The notes under the pieces were generated by a model that was given only the letters and a program-made list of their open reading frames with translations, was not told the origin of the DNA and did not search any database. From assembly GCA_945901615.1 (NCBI GenBank), contig CAMDLI010000002.1, positions 7 to 64,006 of the forward strand: 64,000 nt of DNA, read 5' to 3'. Origin of the DNA: Spirosoma fluviale. GTDB lineage: Bacteria > Bacteroidota > Bacteroidia > Cytophagales > Cyclobacteriaceae. Below, one piece after another: positions 19,038-28,660 of this stretch (positions are counted from its first letter, which is position 1; each line of letters starts with the position of its first letter). Both the position numbers and the translations under genes were made by a program.

Positions 19038-20843
19038 ATGCTTTCCTCCTCTTTTCTGCCCGAAGATCACCTTTCGTTACCGGATCAACCGGGGGTGTAT
19101 AAGTATTACAATGCAGAGCAGGAATTGATCTATGTTGGCAAAGCCAAAAGCCTAAAGAAAAGGGTCAGCAGCTACTTCAATAACACGAGCGGCATCAATC
19201 TCAAAACCAGGCGAATGGTCAAAGAAATCGTCAAAATTGAGATCATCCTAGTCAACTCCGAATTAGATGCCCTCCTGCTTGAAAACAACCTAATCAAAAA
19301 AGCACAGCCCAAATACAACATCCTCCTACGGGATGACAAGACCTACCCATATTTGGTGCTTACCAAGGAAAGCTTTCCCAGACTGTTTCCCACGCGCAAG
19401 TACATTCCAAAAAGAGGAACTTACTTCGGCCCATTTGCGAGTGTAAAGGCAATGAACAATGTGCTCGACCTCATACGAGAGCTATTTACTATTCGAACAT
19501 GCAACTTGGATCTTTCTTACCTCAAGATTCAAGAACAGAAATATAAGGTTTGCCTAGAGTACCACATCGGCAATTGCCAAGGACCCTGTGTTGGCAAACA
19601 GCTCGAAGCAGACTACCTAGCAGATCTCGACCAAGCCAAACACATTCTGAAGGGCAACCTCGCACCTGCCAAATCTCATTTCAAGCAACGCATGGAGGTG
19701 CTGGCTGAAAAGCTAGCCTTTGAACAAGCCCATCAGATAAAAAATAAGTTGGAACTACTTGAAAAGTACCAGGCCCGGTCCCTCATCACCAATCCAAGCA
19801 TCGCCAATTTGGATGTATGCACCTTGGTAGCCGATGAGAAAACTGCCTATGTCAACTACATGCGGGTCAAGAATGGATCCATGATCACCTCCAAGAATGT
19901 GGAACTCAAAAAACGCTTGGATGAATCTGAGCAAGAACTTCTAGTGACCGCCTTAATCCGACTGCAGGATCAATTTCAATCTGATGCAGAGGAAATACTA
20001 GTCAACCTAGAGCTAGAACCCATCGAAGGGCTGAACCTAAGCGTTCCAAAAATTGGCGATAAGAAAAAACTAATCGACCTATCCCTCAAGAATGCCCTCT
20101 ATTACAAGAGAGAGAAGGCACTCCTTCAGGGCCTCAATCAAGACAAGAAAGATCGCGTCATCCGACAGCTGCAGCAAGACCTAAGCCTTCAGGAGATCCC
20201 CGATCACATCGAGTGCTTTGACAATTCAAACATTCAAGGGACGAATCCTGTGGCAAGCATGGTTTGCTTCAAGCAGGGAAAAGCTGCTGTGAAAGAATAT
20301 AGACACTTCCACATAAAAACGGTCGAAGGCCCCAATGATTTTGCCAGCATGAAGGAGATTGTCGGGCGCCGCTACAAGCGGCTTCTCGAAGAAGCATTGC
20401 CACTTCCTAAGCTCGTGGTGATCGATGGGGGCAAAGGCCAGCTGTCCTCTGCTGTGGAGGCCTTACAGGAACTCGGGATTTATGGAAAGATGCCCATCAT
20501 CGGCATTGCCAAACGTCTAGAGGAAATATATTTTCCTGGAGACCAATACCCCATTCACCTGGATAAAAAGTCGGAAAGTTTAATGCTACTTCAGCGGATT
20601 CGAGACGAGGCCCACCGCTTTGCGATTACCTTCCATAGACAAGTTCGTAGCAAAAAAGCACTCAACAGCCAGCTAACGGAGATTGAGGGAATTGGGGAAC
20701 TGACTGCTCAGAAATTATTGAAGGAGTTTAAGTCGGTAAAAAAAATCCTACAGGCCTCGGAAGAGGACATCGCTGCAGTGATCGGTACTACCAAGGCAAA
20801 AGCACTTTTGGCAGCATTAGAAAAAAACAAAGCCCCGAACTAA
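19038..20843 (+). CDS. uvrC: Excinuclease ABC subunit C
   Basis: GIY-YIG (PGVY..IYVGKAKSLKKRVSSYF), IECFDNSNIQG, IDGGKGQL, RDEAHRFAITFH, HhH. Confidence 0.97.
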   Translation: MLSSSFLPEDHLSLPDQPGVYKYYNAEQELIYVGKAKSLKKRVSSYFNNTSGINLKTRRMVKEIVKIEIILVNSELDALLLENNLIKKAQPKYNILLRDDKTYPYLVLTKESFPRLFPTRKYIPKRGTYFGPFASVKAMNNVLDLIRELFTIRTCNLDLSYLKIQEQKYKVCLEYHIGNCQGPCVGKQLEADYLADLDQAKHILKGNLAPAKSHFKQRMEVLAEKLAFEQAHQIKNKLELLEKYQARSLITNPSIANLDVCTLVADEKTAYVNYMRVKNGSMITSKNVELKKRLDESEQELLVTALIRLQDQFQSDAEEILVNLELEPIEGLNLSVPKIGDKKKLIDLSLKNALYYKREKALLQGLNQDKKDRVIRQLQQDLSLQEIPDHIECFDNSNIQGTNPVASMVCFKQGKAAVKEYRHFHIKTVEGPNDFASMKEIVGRRYKRLLEEALPLPKLVVIDGGKGQLSSAVEALQELGIYGKMPIIGIAKRLEEIYFPGDQYPIHLDKKSESLMLLQRIRDEAHRFAITFHRQVRSKKALNSQLTEIEGIGELTAQKLLKEFKSVKKILQASEEDIAAVIGTTKAKALLAALEKNKAPN

Positions 20844-20860
20844 TTCGAGGCTTTATTTTT
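20822..20860. terminator. Bidirectional terminator at uvrC/gldN convergence, overlapping uvrC stop
   Basis: AAAGCCCCGAA-CTAA-TTCGAGGCTTT with flanking A/T runs. Confidence 0.65.
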
Positions 20861-21675
20861 TACCATTCCCAAACTGAATTTTCAAAGTCTAAGAGTTTGT
20901 ATTCGAAAGCGAGTGCATCCAAGTAGGCTTGCATTTTTCGCCGATCGTCTGGCGTATTTTTATTCACCAAATCGATAACCAGTGCTTCCAATGAATTGGT
21001 ATAGCGGGTCACAACAGACCTAAACAATCGGGACTCAAAGGCTTCACTGTAGGTTAAACTCTTGGAAATATTTGTAAAGTTCAACCATCGAGCATCATCA
21101 TGTTTTGCAAAATAGTTGATGAAATCTTTGTACCGGATATAGGCAACTGTTCCTTCAAATGCACCTTGGTTAAATTCTGCAGGTCTAGTAATCTGGACAT
21201 ACTTGATATCAAACTTGAACTGAGAATGTTGCCGATCAAATAGATAATCCTCTTTAAAGTCTAAGTAATAATAATTTTTTACGAAGACGGTATCCTTAAC
21301 ATCGTTGTATGCAAAGGCTGAATCAAATTCTGTTATGGATAAAGGAGTTGTAAAATTTTCATCACGATAAGCAGTTAATCCATTTGATTTTACGGCTTTG
21401 TAAATATTATTGAGCAATCCATTCTCTTTGGTATCCCCTGAGCCATAAAGCGGCAAATTGTATTTCTCCCGAAGATCAATTCTTCTCCAAACAGAGATTT
21501 GATACATTTTGTCATCTTCACGGATATTCTTGACCGAATACACCGTATCCATTGCATATTGCCTCACGCCAGTAGTGGAGGGATTGACAGAAGTAGCTAC
21601 TTGAGCCATAGCACCCTGCCACAAAATAAGGCTGAAAAGGGCTGCGAAGAAGGCATATTTAGAAATTAAGCGCAT
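20860..21675 (-). CDS. gldN: Gliding motility / T9SS ring protein GldN/PorN
   Basis: IREDD..Y..SVWRRIDLREKYNLPLY, KEDYLFD, FE..VWEW end; follows gldM. Confidence 0.88.
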   Translation of the reverse strand: MRLISKYAFFAALFSLILWQGAMAQVATSVNPSTTGVRQYAMDTVYSVKNIREDDKMYQISVWRRIDLREKYNLPLYGSGDTKENGLLNNIYKAVKSNGLTAYRDENFTTPLSITEFDSAFAYNDVKDTVFVKNYYYLDFKEDYLFDRQHSQFKFDIKYVQITRPAEFNQGAFEGTVAYIRYKDFINYFAKHDDARWLNFTNISKSLTYSEAFESRLFRSVVTRYTNSLEALVIDLVNKNTPDDRRKMQAYLDALAFEYKLLDFENSVWEW

Positions 21676-21705
21676 AGCTTATAGATTTTACTCGTAGAAA
21701 GAACC

Positions 21706-23310
21706 TTATTTAACACGTACTGTTATTACGCCTTTGTAATTCATGTTGATTTTTTCTCCTCTAAAATTAGTTCGGACGATTTGGTCAATTTGGACAACAA
21801 TAATATCGCCTTTTGTAGCAGATCCTAACACCCCTTTAAATCCAGAGCTAATTGGAACTGCATCACCTCTAGCTACATCATTACGTACCAATTGAATTTT
21901 GCCAGCACCAATACTAAAATTAGAATCCCGCTTCATGGTCTCTGCAAAGTTAGGGTCAGCTTTAGCGATAACCTTAACGCCATTCAGCGTATTTACGTTA
22001 TGTCCCTGACTTAAATCAAGGTCAGCACCGTTAGAAGTCTGAATAACTACAGTTGGCATAGGAACAGGCTTTACATCAAATGTTTCGTCTCCGATCTTAT
22101 TTCCACCACTGCTGACACCGATAGTCACTTTTCCACTACCATTTGGTACAACCGTTACTTGACCTGCTTTTTCTCCCTTGATTCTATCCCCATTGGTAAC
22201 ACTAAACTCAGGAGCGTAAGAGTTGCCTAGTGCAGGAACATCAATATTCAAGTCATTCGCACAACCCGCGTAGAGCTGCTGAACAACTTTAGAAGTGATT
22301 TTGATAACTGGCTGTGCTACGAAATATTCATATTCAATAGGCAAAACCTTGTCTTCTCCACCAACATTTGTAACAATCTGACCTTTAAGTACCTTTTTAG
22401 CAACGCCTGCATCGTCATAGGACGCTGCCGGAGTAGCTACAAATTCAATTTTACCAAATCCTTTTGGATCAACTGGGATTGATCTACCATCCAGCGTCAT
22501 GGTGGGAGATGCTGTAGAGGAAGAAGATGCAATAAACATTGTTCCTTCAAACTTAGTACCCGCAGCTACCACGTTGGAAATAGCTGATATTTTAGCTTCA
22601 GTAATGTCTGCTTTAAAATAAAAGGAACCGATTGAATTTGCTATGGTAGTGAGCGACTCGTTTTCAATATTCAATACCTCGTTTTGAAACTGAGATAAAA
22701 TAGCAATTGCAGCGCCTACAGGAGACTTAACAAAGTTTAAAGTGACAAAAGACTTGCTTTTCGCTTCGATATCATTTGCAAATAAGTCAATCTTATCTGC
22801 ATCTAGCGCAATCGGCTTGAAGGTTAGCGTAGAGATACCAACTCCTTTCAAAATCCCTTCTACAGTCTTTGGAAAATCGTTTAGTTTTTTCTTTAACTCT
22901 TCTCCTTTTCCCTGATTCGCAAAAAGATTTCCTGTAATTTCTGTGTTCTTCAATGCCGAGTTCACATAGTTACCTTTTTCATTTTTGGCATTGGATGTTT
23001 TGATGAGTTCCTGCTTAAGACCCTCAACATATTCATATACTTCCTTAGACGCCGCCCGTATCTTTTTTGATGCAGCTACCTTCGGAAGATCTTTTGGGTT
23101 GTTGCCTTGCTGGGAAATGGTGTATTCAACAGAACCTACCATAGACTCATTCTTCAAAACAAAATTTTTCGAAGTTCGCTCCATCCCATCGTTGAGAAGG
23201 ACAAACTTCTGGAGAATCTGATTACTTACCTGGAGGGCCAAAAGGGCCGTCAATACCAGGTACATCATCCCGATCATCCGTTGTCTAGGTGACTCTTTAC
23301 CTCCTGCCAT
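21706..23310 (-). CDS. gldM: Gliding motility / T9SS motor rotor GldM/PorM
   Basis: MAGGKESPRQRMIGMMYLVLTALLALQVS signature. Confidence 0.95.
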   Translation of the reverse strand: MAGGKESPRQRMIGMMYLVLTALLALQVSNQILQKFVLLNDGMERTSKNFVLKNESMVGSVEYTISQQGNNPKDLPKVAASKKIRAASKEVYEYVEGLKQELIKTSNAKNEKGNYVNSALKNTEITGNLFANQGKGEELKKKLNDFPKTVEGILKGVGISTLTFKPIALDADKIDLFANDIEAKSKSFVTLNFVKSPVGAAIAILSQFQNEVLNIENESLTTIANSIGSFYFKADITEAKISAISNVVAAGTKFEGTMFIASSSSTASPTMTLDGRSIPVDPKGFGKIEFVATPAASYDDAGVAKKVLKGQIVTNVGGEDKVLPIEYEYFVAQPVIKITSKVVQQLYAGCANDLNIDVPALGNSYAPEFSVTNGDRIKGEKAGQVTVVPNGSGKVTIGVSSGGNKIGDETFDVKPVPMPTVVIQTSNGADLDLSQGHNVNTLNGVKVIAKADPNFAETMKRDSNFSIGAGKIQLVRNDVARGDAVPISSGFKGVLGSATKGDIIVVQIDQIVRTNFRGEKINMNYKGVITVRVK

Positions 23311-23343
23311 GTGTGTTTATTTTTTTGGAATTAAGAGATAAAT

Positions 23344-24144
23344 TTAACCTCTGATGGCACTTAGCATGCCGCCATAAATTTTGCTCAATGCACTTACATT
23401 TTGATTCAACTTCACCATTTCTTCTCTGAAGGCCTGAGTTTCATTACCAACCTCAGTGAAGCTCGACATGGCTGTAGACATATTTTTGTAGAAATCAGCA
23501 CGTGCTTTCTTCTGCTCAGTAGAATCTTGAAGTTCTAATTCATACACTGCATTCAAAGCGGACAAATTCTTAGTTACTGCTTGAATCTGGGCTTGGTACG
23601 CTTGCGAATCCTGAGCGGCTGAGGACATGGCCACCAAAGCAGTGGCAGTCTGTGCATAGGAATCGTTCATACTTGCCAAGGACTGAGAAGCAGCTTTCAC
23701 GTTTGAAGCATACTCTGAGGTAGCCACTGCGGCATCCGAAAGAGTACCCATTTTCTGTGCAGAAGTAGCCAAATTATTCATGCCCTTGCCCAAACTCTCG
23801 ATCAGCTCGGGACCAATATTAGCCTGTTGCAACATGTTGTCTAATTGTGCGGCAATCGGATCTCCTGAAACTTGTACCGTTTTTCTGGCAGCAGGTCTAG
23901 GCGATTCGTCTCCTTCTTCATCCAACTCAGGATATACCTTAGCCCAGTCCACCTCTTTAGCGCCTGGTTCAAAAGCTGATAAGAAAAATATGATGGCTTC
24001 CGTTGTCAAACCAACACCAATCATTAAAGTTGCTCCTGGCCAATCCAAGATTTTAAACATTGCTCCAAGAATTACGACAGCTGCGCCAATCCCATAGATT
24101 TTTGGCATTACCTTGGAATAAAAGAAATTACTGTTGCTTGCCAT
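23344..24144 (-). CDS. gldL: Gliding motility / T9SS motor subunit GldL/PorL
   Basis: YGIGAAVVILGAMFKI, GLTTEAIIFFLSAFEP, DW.KVYPEL, YGGMLSA end. Confidence 0.95.
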   Translation of the reverse strand: MASNSNFFYSKVMPKIYGIGAAVVILGAMFKILDWPGATLMIGVGLTTEAIIFFLSAFEPGAKEVDWAKVYPELDEEGDESPRPAARKTVQVSGDPIAAQLDNMLQQANIGPELIESLGKGMNNLATSAQKMGTLSDAAVATSEYASNVKAASQSLASMNDSYAQTATALVAMSSAAQDSQAYQAQIQAVTKNLSALNAVYELELQDSTEQKKARADFYKNMSTAMSSFTEVGNETQAFREEMVKLNQNVSALSKIYGGMLSAIRG

Positions 24145-24187
24145 TAGTCAATTAGTTTTATGTTGAATATTTTATTTGAACGGAAAA

Positions 24188-25282
24188 TTACCTTTTAAGT
24201 CTTTTGTTTGGATTCGCATCCATGGAAGCTGATCTTCCAATAAATGTCATTACAGTACGGAATCCTATGTGTGCTTGTGCTACGTCTTGGTATTCATAGG
24301 TACGGGTTGAGGTCTCAAGATAGTGACTAATATCTTTCCAACTTCCTCCACGAACAATCTTTTTAGGCTCGGCTTCATCCAAATACACAGGATCCAAATC
24401 CCAAGTTTGCGCCCTAGAAGTAACCTTGTAGGCATCCATCACCCATTCTGAAACATTGCCTGCCATGTTGTACAATCCAAATCCATTGGGAGCAAAAACA
24501 TCTACAGGGGCAGTATAGGTAAAGCCATCATCCACGTAATTTCCTCTACCCGGCTTAAAGTTTGCCATCAAGCAACCTCTTTTGTTCTTGACATAGGGAC
24601 CTCCCCAAGGGTACTTAGCGATTTCTTTACCACCCTTTGCAGCATATTCCCATTCTGCCTCAGTAGGCAATCTAAATGCAGGAAGGTCAAACTCAATGTC
24701 GTCATTCGCACGTAAATGGTACGTTCTCCATTCACAATATTTTTCTACCTGATCGTACGATACACCCACTACTGGATACGCATCGAAGGCCGGGTGGTCA
24801 AAATAAAATTCCATCAAGGGGTCGCCATAATGGAAAGCAAAGCTTTTAGTCCAAACCGTACTGTCAGGCTTCAACTCGTCTAAAGTAAAGGTAGGGGCTG
24901 CTTTTAGTGTTGTTGGAGTACCGGTATCTAATTGACCAGATTTTACAGCCTCCAAAAATTGTCTATACTTATTGTTGGACACTTCGTACTTGTCCATAAA
25001 AAATTCAGATATAGTAATCTGTTTGTTTAACGATGCTTGGGAGTAAGCAATGTCTTCGTCTGATTGGCCCATCCAGAAAGTTCCTGCTTTGATAGGAACC
25101 ATGTCAACAGGCAGGTTTTGCTTCCAGCGAATACGCTTAGCAACACCTGTAACCTCTCCTTTTCGATTCGCTTTACTACTAGCCTCCCCCTTTTTACTAA
25201 GCAGTCCACAACTTGGCAAAAAAGCTATTAGCAATAAGCCTATGGCAAGCGATAGAAAAGGGAATTTTATCTTGGTGTACAT
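24188..25282 (-). CDS. gldK: Gliding motility / T9SS lipoprotein GldK/PorK (FGE-sulfatase fold)
   Basis: Lipobox LPSC after ATG 25282; YPVVGVS, FRLPTEAEWEYAA, YPWGGPY, ANFKPGRGNY; upstream of gldL. Confidence 0.9.
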   Translation of the reverse strand: MYTKIKFPFLSLAIGLLLIAFLPSCGLLSKKGEASSKANRKGEVTGVAKRIRWKQNLPVDMVPIKAGTFWMGQSDEDIAYSQASLNKQITISEFFMDKYEVSNNKYRQFLEAVKSGQLDTGTPTTLKAAPTFTLDELKPDSTVWTKSFAFHYGDPLMEFYFDHPAFDAYPVVGVSYDQVEKYCEWRTYHLRANDDIEFDLPAFRLPTEAEWEYAAKGGKEIAKYPWGGPYVKNKRGCLMANFKPGRGNYVDDGFTYTAPVDVFAPNGFGLYNMAGNVSEWVMDAYKVTSRAQTWDLDPVYLDEAEPKKIVRGGSWKDISHYLETSTRTYEYQDVAQAHIGFRTVMTFIGRSASMDANPNKRLKR

Positions 25283-25455
25283 AAATGACTTTTTTAGAGT
25301 AGCATCAAATTTTTGGCCAAACACCGCCAACGTATAAAAACACTTTCGAAAGTTAGCTTTTTTTGGGTGAATAAAACAAACCTTATTGAGGTGTAATTAT
25401 TTATTGAGGATTAGAAACCTTACTATTTAATGAATTGTTTGTACTAATGTTCTGA

Positions 25456-26436
25456 CTAAAACCTAAATCTAGGTGTTCTTTGTATTACTCGATTCACTGT
25501 CTTCGAAACATCTGTCCAGGCATAACGGAGCATCAATTCATGGGAAGTAGGGGCTTTTGCATCTTTTCCACCAATCACTAAATCAAAGGCATATCCTAGT
25601 TTTAAACTATTGTCTTTCAATAAGCTGTATCCCAAAATTACAGACGCCGACTCCTCTCCTCTGTAGGCAAGACCTCCTGTCAGTTTATTTTGGAGTGTGG
25701 CTATAACGCTGATATCATAGGACAAAGTATTTGTTCCCAAAGATTTTAATAAAATACTTGGTTCAATCCGCAACTGGCCCACTGGGCGCATTCGGTATCC
25801 CACCAATAGATAATTATGAAGTTGGAGCCGATTGGCAAAACTCCCATCTCCAAAATCAAAAGAAGCTTGGTTGAGGTGCCTTCCGCTAATCCCCACATAA
25901 AAATTACCTCCATCTACCAGTAGCCCAGCCCCCATATCCATAGCAAGCTGGGTCTCAGTACCTGATTGTGGAAGACTAGGTTCAGGATTCACAAATTGCA
26001 ATTCCTCAAAATCTAAGGTGCTATTGGATACCCCAAAATACCCGCCAAAGCTGAGTTGCGTCCGCTTGATTTTCTTGTGGTAGCTTCCCTGAAGATTGAC
26101 ATCTAGATTCGAGCTAGCCCCTAATCTATCGTTGACTACCGTAAGGCCATAGCCAAAATTCTTTGCCTTTATTCTCCCTTGAAACGTAATCAATTGGGTT
26201 GTTGGAGGTATTCCTGTACCTGCGGTCGAAGTATACCCTTGCCATTGAGACCGGTGGAATGCAGAAAACTGATTTCCAATTTCTTTACCTGCAAAAGCCG
26301 GGTTAAAAAAATTGCCAGCGGAAAGATATTGAGTAAACTGGGGATCTTGCTGCGCGAACACCGAACTTGGTAGCGAGAGAAATAGCAAAAATGCCAGTGC
26401 TTTCAAAAAATTAACCAGGTCGCTTTTTCTGTTCAT
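25456..26436 (-). CDS. porP: PorP/SprF family T9SS outer-membrane beta-barrel
   Basis: AQQDPQFTQY, NPAFAG, HRSQW.G, GYAFD, SHELMLRY; porP-K-L-M-N order. Confidence 0.88.
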   Translation of the reverse strand: MNRKSDLVNFLKALAFLLFLSLPSSVFAQQDPQFTQYLSAGNFFNPAFAGKEIGNQFSAFHRSQWQGYTSTAGTGIPPTTQLITFQGRIKAKNFGYGLTVVNDRLGASSNLDVNLQGSYHKKIKRTQLSFGGYFGVSNSTLDFEELQFVNPEPSLPQSGTETQLAMDMGAGLLVDGGNFYVGISGRHLNQASFDFGDGSFANRLQLHNYLLVGYRMRPVGQLRIEPSILLKSLGTNTLSYDISVIATLQNKLTGGLAYRGEESASVILGYSLLKDNSLKLGYAFDLVIGGKDAKAPTSHELMLRYAWTDVSKTVNRVIQRTPRFRF

Positions 26437-26453
26437 TTTGGCTGTGGAGTTAT

Positions 26454-26461
26454 CAAATTTA
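26454..26461 (-). promoter_or_regulatory. -7 element TAAATTTG for porP
   Basis: Exact TAnnTTTG 17 nt upstream of ATG. Confidence 0.6.
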
Positions 26462-26511
26462 AACTAGTCTAGGAATTTAAACTTATAAACCACTGAAAAT
26501 GATTCTTAGAA

Positions 26512-27285
26512 TTACAAATTATTGGCCTTTTTGATAAATAACTCCAGTGCGCCGGTCATACTTGGTGCATTCGGCATGGGCGCCTCAATGTCCAAAATAA
26601 GTTCCATGTCACGGACTGCTTGAGCGGTGGTAGGCCCAAAAGCCGCAATACGGGTTTTACCTTGTACAAAATCTGGAAAATTTGACTTTAAGGATTTGAT
26701 TCCAGATGGACTGAAGAAGGCCAAAATATCGTACTTCACATCAGCCAAATCAGATAAGTCAGCAGCAACGGTATGGTAAATAATTGCCTCTGTAAATGCT
26801 ATTCCTTGCTTTTGCATGTAGGCAGGAATATCATCTTTACGAATATCTGAGCAAGGGAAGAGGTATTTTTCGTTTTTGTGTTTCTTAAAATAATCGAACA
26901 GGTCTTCTGCAGTCTTAAGCCCTACAAAAAGCTTTCGCTTACGAATCACAATGTATTTTTGAAGGTAATGTGCGGTCTGGTCTGAAATACAGAAATATTT
27001 CATTTCAGGAGTCATTTCTATTTTGAACTCCTTACAAATCGCGAAAAAATGGTCAATCGCATTTCGGCTAGTGAAAATGACAGCCGTGTGCTTCAAAATG
27101 TCTATTTTTTGCTTTCTAAATTCCTTGGGCGGAACAGGTTCTACCTTGATAAATTGCCTAAAATCTATCTTCAACTTATACTTTTCCGCAAGCAATAGGT
27201 AAGGAGAGTTTGCCTCGGTCGGCTTTGGCTGAGAAACCAATATGCTTTTTACTGGGGTATAGCGATCTTTTGGAGCTGCACTCAT
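26512..27285 (-). CDS. hemD: Uroporphyrinogen-III synthase (start may be 27312)
   Basis: VKSILVSQPKP, IFTSRNAIDHFF, FFSPSGIKSL, IAAFGPTTA. Confidence 0.85.
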   Translation of the reverse strand: MSAAPKDRYTPVKSILVSQPKPTEANSPYLLLAEKYKLKIDFRQFIKVEPVPPKEFRKQKIDILKHTAVIFTSRNAIDHFFAICKEFKIEMTPEMKYFCISDQTAHYLQKYIVIRKRKLFVGLKTAEDLFDYFKKHKNEKYLFPCSDIRKDDIPAYMQKQGIAFTEAIIYHTVAADLSDLADVKYDILAFFSPSGIKSLKSNFPDFVQGKTRIAAFGPTTAQAVRDMELILDIEAPMPNAPSMTGALELFIKKANNL

Positions 27286-27313
27286 GCTGGGAGTTCCTTT
27301 TACGTTCAACACA

Positions 27314-28429
27314 TCACTGGATAAATTCCAAAACCCATTTGGTCAAAACCAAAAATGGTATTATTTCAGTTAGGCAAAGGTAAGTAAATAAATGGTATTT
27401 CTTAAAATTCAGACGATTCATCATAATTAAAAAGAGTCCAAATACACCAATCAAATAGGTCCAAAAAACCGCCTTAATGAGTAGCGTAAAGACTAGTTCT
27501 AGTTCAGAAATATCATTTATGACAAAAAAAGTTGTCGCCAACAAAACAAGCGCAAAGCCAAAACTGATTAATCGGAGTAAATAAAAGAAATGCGCAAACT
27601 CGGATTTTCCCAATTCAAAAAGGTAAACAATCAATTTAATTGCGGAGAACTTCAGGATAGTCACTGCCAAAAGTAGAAAGGAGGCTATTATCCACAAACT
27701 TAAAAGTGAAAGTGAACTTAAGCCACCCCAAAGCTCGATCCAATCCGGCCTAAAAATGACGATCCCCATCACCAAACTATGCGCGATAATCGTCGCCAAC
27801 AAAAACAGAAAATAGATAACATCGAAGGAAAACACTTTTTGAAGCCCCCCACTTTCTGAAAAATCTTCAGCTTTGATTACGGATAATGGCTGCAGCAAAA
27901 CCCCCAATAAATAGGGATAACTCCACCTGTAAATACCCAACAAAATCAAAATTATCAGTAGCGAGACCGCGATAAAATCCTTCACCGGTTGGACTACTTG
28001 GCGTTTTTCAAAAGCCGTCGATTTCGCCCCTAAACTTGCTTTCTCCTCGGCTACTTGGTTTCGCGCTACCTTGGTTATCTCCAAACCAAAATTTGTAAGG
28101 CTAAACTTGTCGCTGATAACAGTCACTAGGAGGCTGTCCTTCCCAAATTCTTTCTTTAAATCTGCAATGGCAATGAAAAAAGTGGTATCGTTTTGAATTA
28201 AATCCCAGAGCTTCCCATCCACGAAAAGGGTTGAATTGCGCGGTACCTTAAATTGAAAATACGATTGAGGAAATGTGTTGACGAGTAGGTTAACCTGCTT
28301 TTGACCTATGGATCCAAGTACAGACTGTTCCGTGGCATTGCTCCACTTCCCATCGTAGTTTTCCAATACCTGAGCCTTTCCCCAAAGGGCAACAAAAAGA
28401 AGAATTAAAATAAGTGCTATTCTACGCAT
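27314..28429 (-). CDS. DUF4271 family membrane protein with N-terminal periplasmic domain
   Basis: Signal peptide, C-terminal TM bundle ending HLFTYLCLTEIIP; upstream of hemD. Confidence 0.8.
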   Translation of the reverse strand: MRRIALILILLFVALWGKAQVLENYDGKWSNATEQSVLGSIGQKQVNLLVNTFPQSYFQFKVPRNSTLFVDGKLWDLIQNDTTFFIAIADLKKEFGKDSLLVTVISDKFSLTNFGLEITKVARNQVAEEKASLGAKSTAFEKRQVVQPVKDFIAVSLLIILILLGIYRWSYPYLLGVLLQPLSVIKAEDFSESGGLQKVFSFDVIYFLFLLATIIAHSLVMGIVIFRPDWIELWGGLSSLSLLSLWIIASFLLLAVTILKFSAIKLIVYLFELGKSEFAHFFYLLRLISFGFALVLLATTFFVINDISELELVFTLLIKAVFWTYLIGVFGLFLIMMNRLNFKKYHLFTYLCLTEIIPFLVLTKWVLEFIQ

Positions 28430-28441
28430 TGAGCCTTTTGG

Positions 28442-28449
28442 CAAAGGTA
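28442..28449 (-). promoter_or_regulatory. -7 element TACCTTTG for DUF4271-hemD
   Basis: Exact match overlapping the ORF-track TTG start, supporting ATG 28429. Confidence 0.65.
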
Positions 28450-28660
28450 CTTGTCAACTCATGGGAACTCAAAAATTGTCAGGAATTTACTTAAGAAAAT
28501 ATGCTTCTCAACTAAATTTTTGGTTTCTAATTACAAAACTCAACATTCCTGAGACAGCCTCCAAATGAATTCCAATCAAAAAAACAAACTCCCTTTCACA
28601 AAACAAATTTGATTCAGGGTAAGGGGAACATCCGTTATATTTACCCCATATTCAACCTTT

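Noticed and set aside
24188-25282. GldK as a formylglycine-generating enzyme or DGR target (FGE-sulfatase fold)
   Set aside because: Lipobox and gldLMN context identify it as GldK; no reverse transcriptase or template repeat is present.
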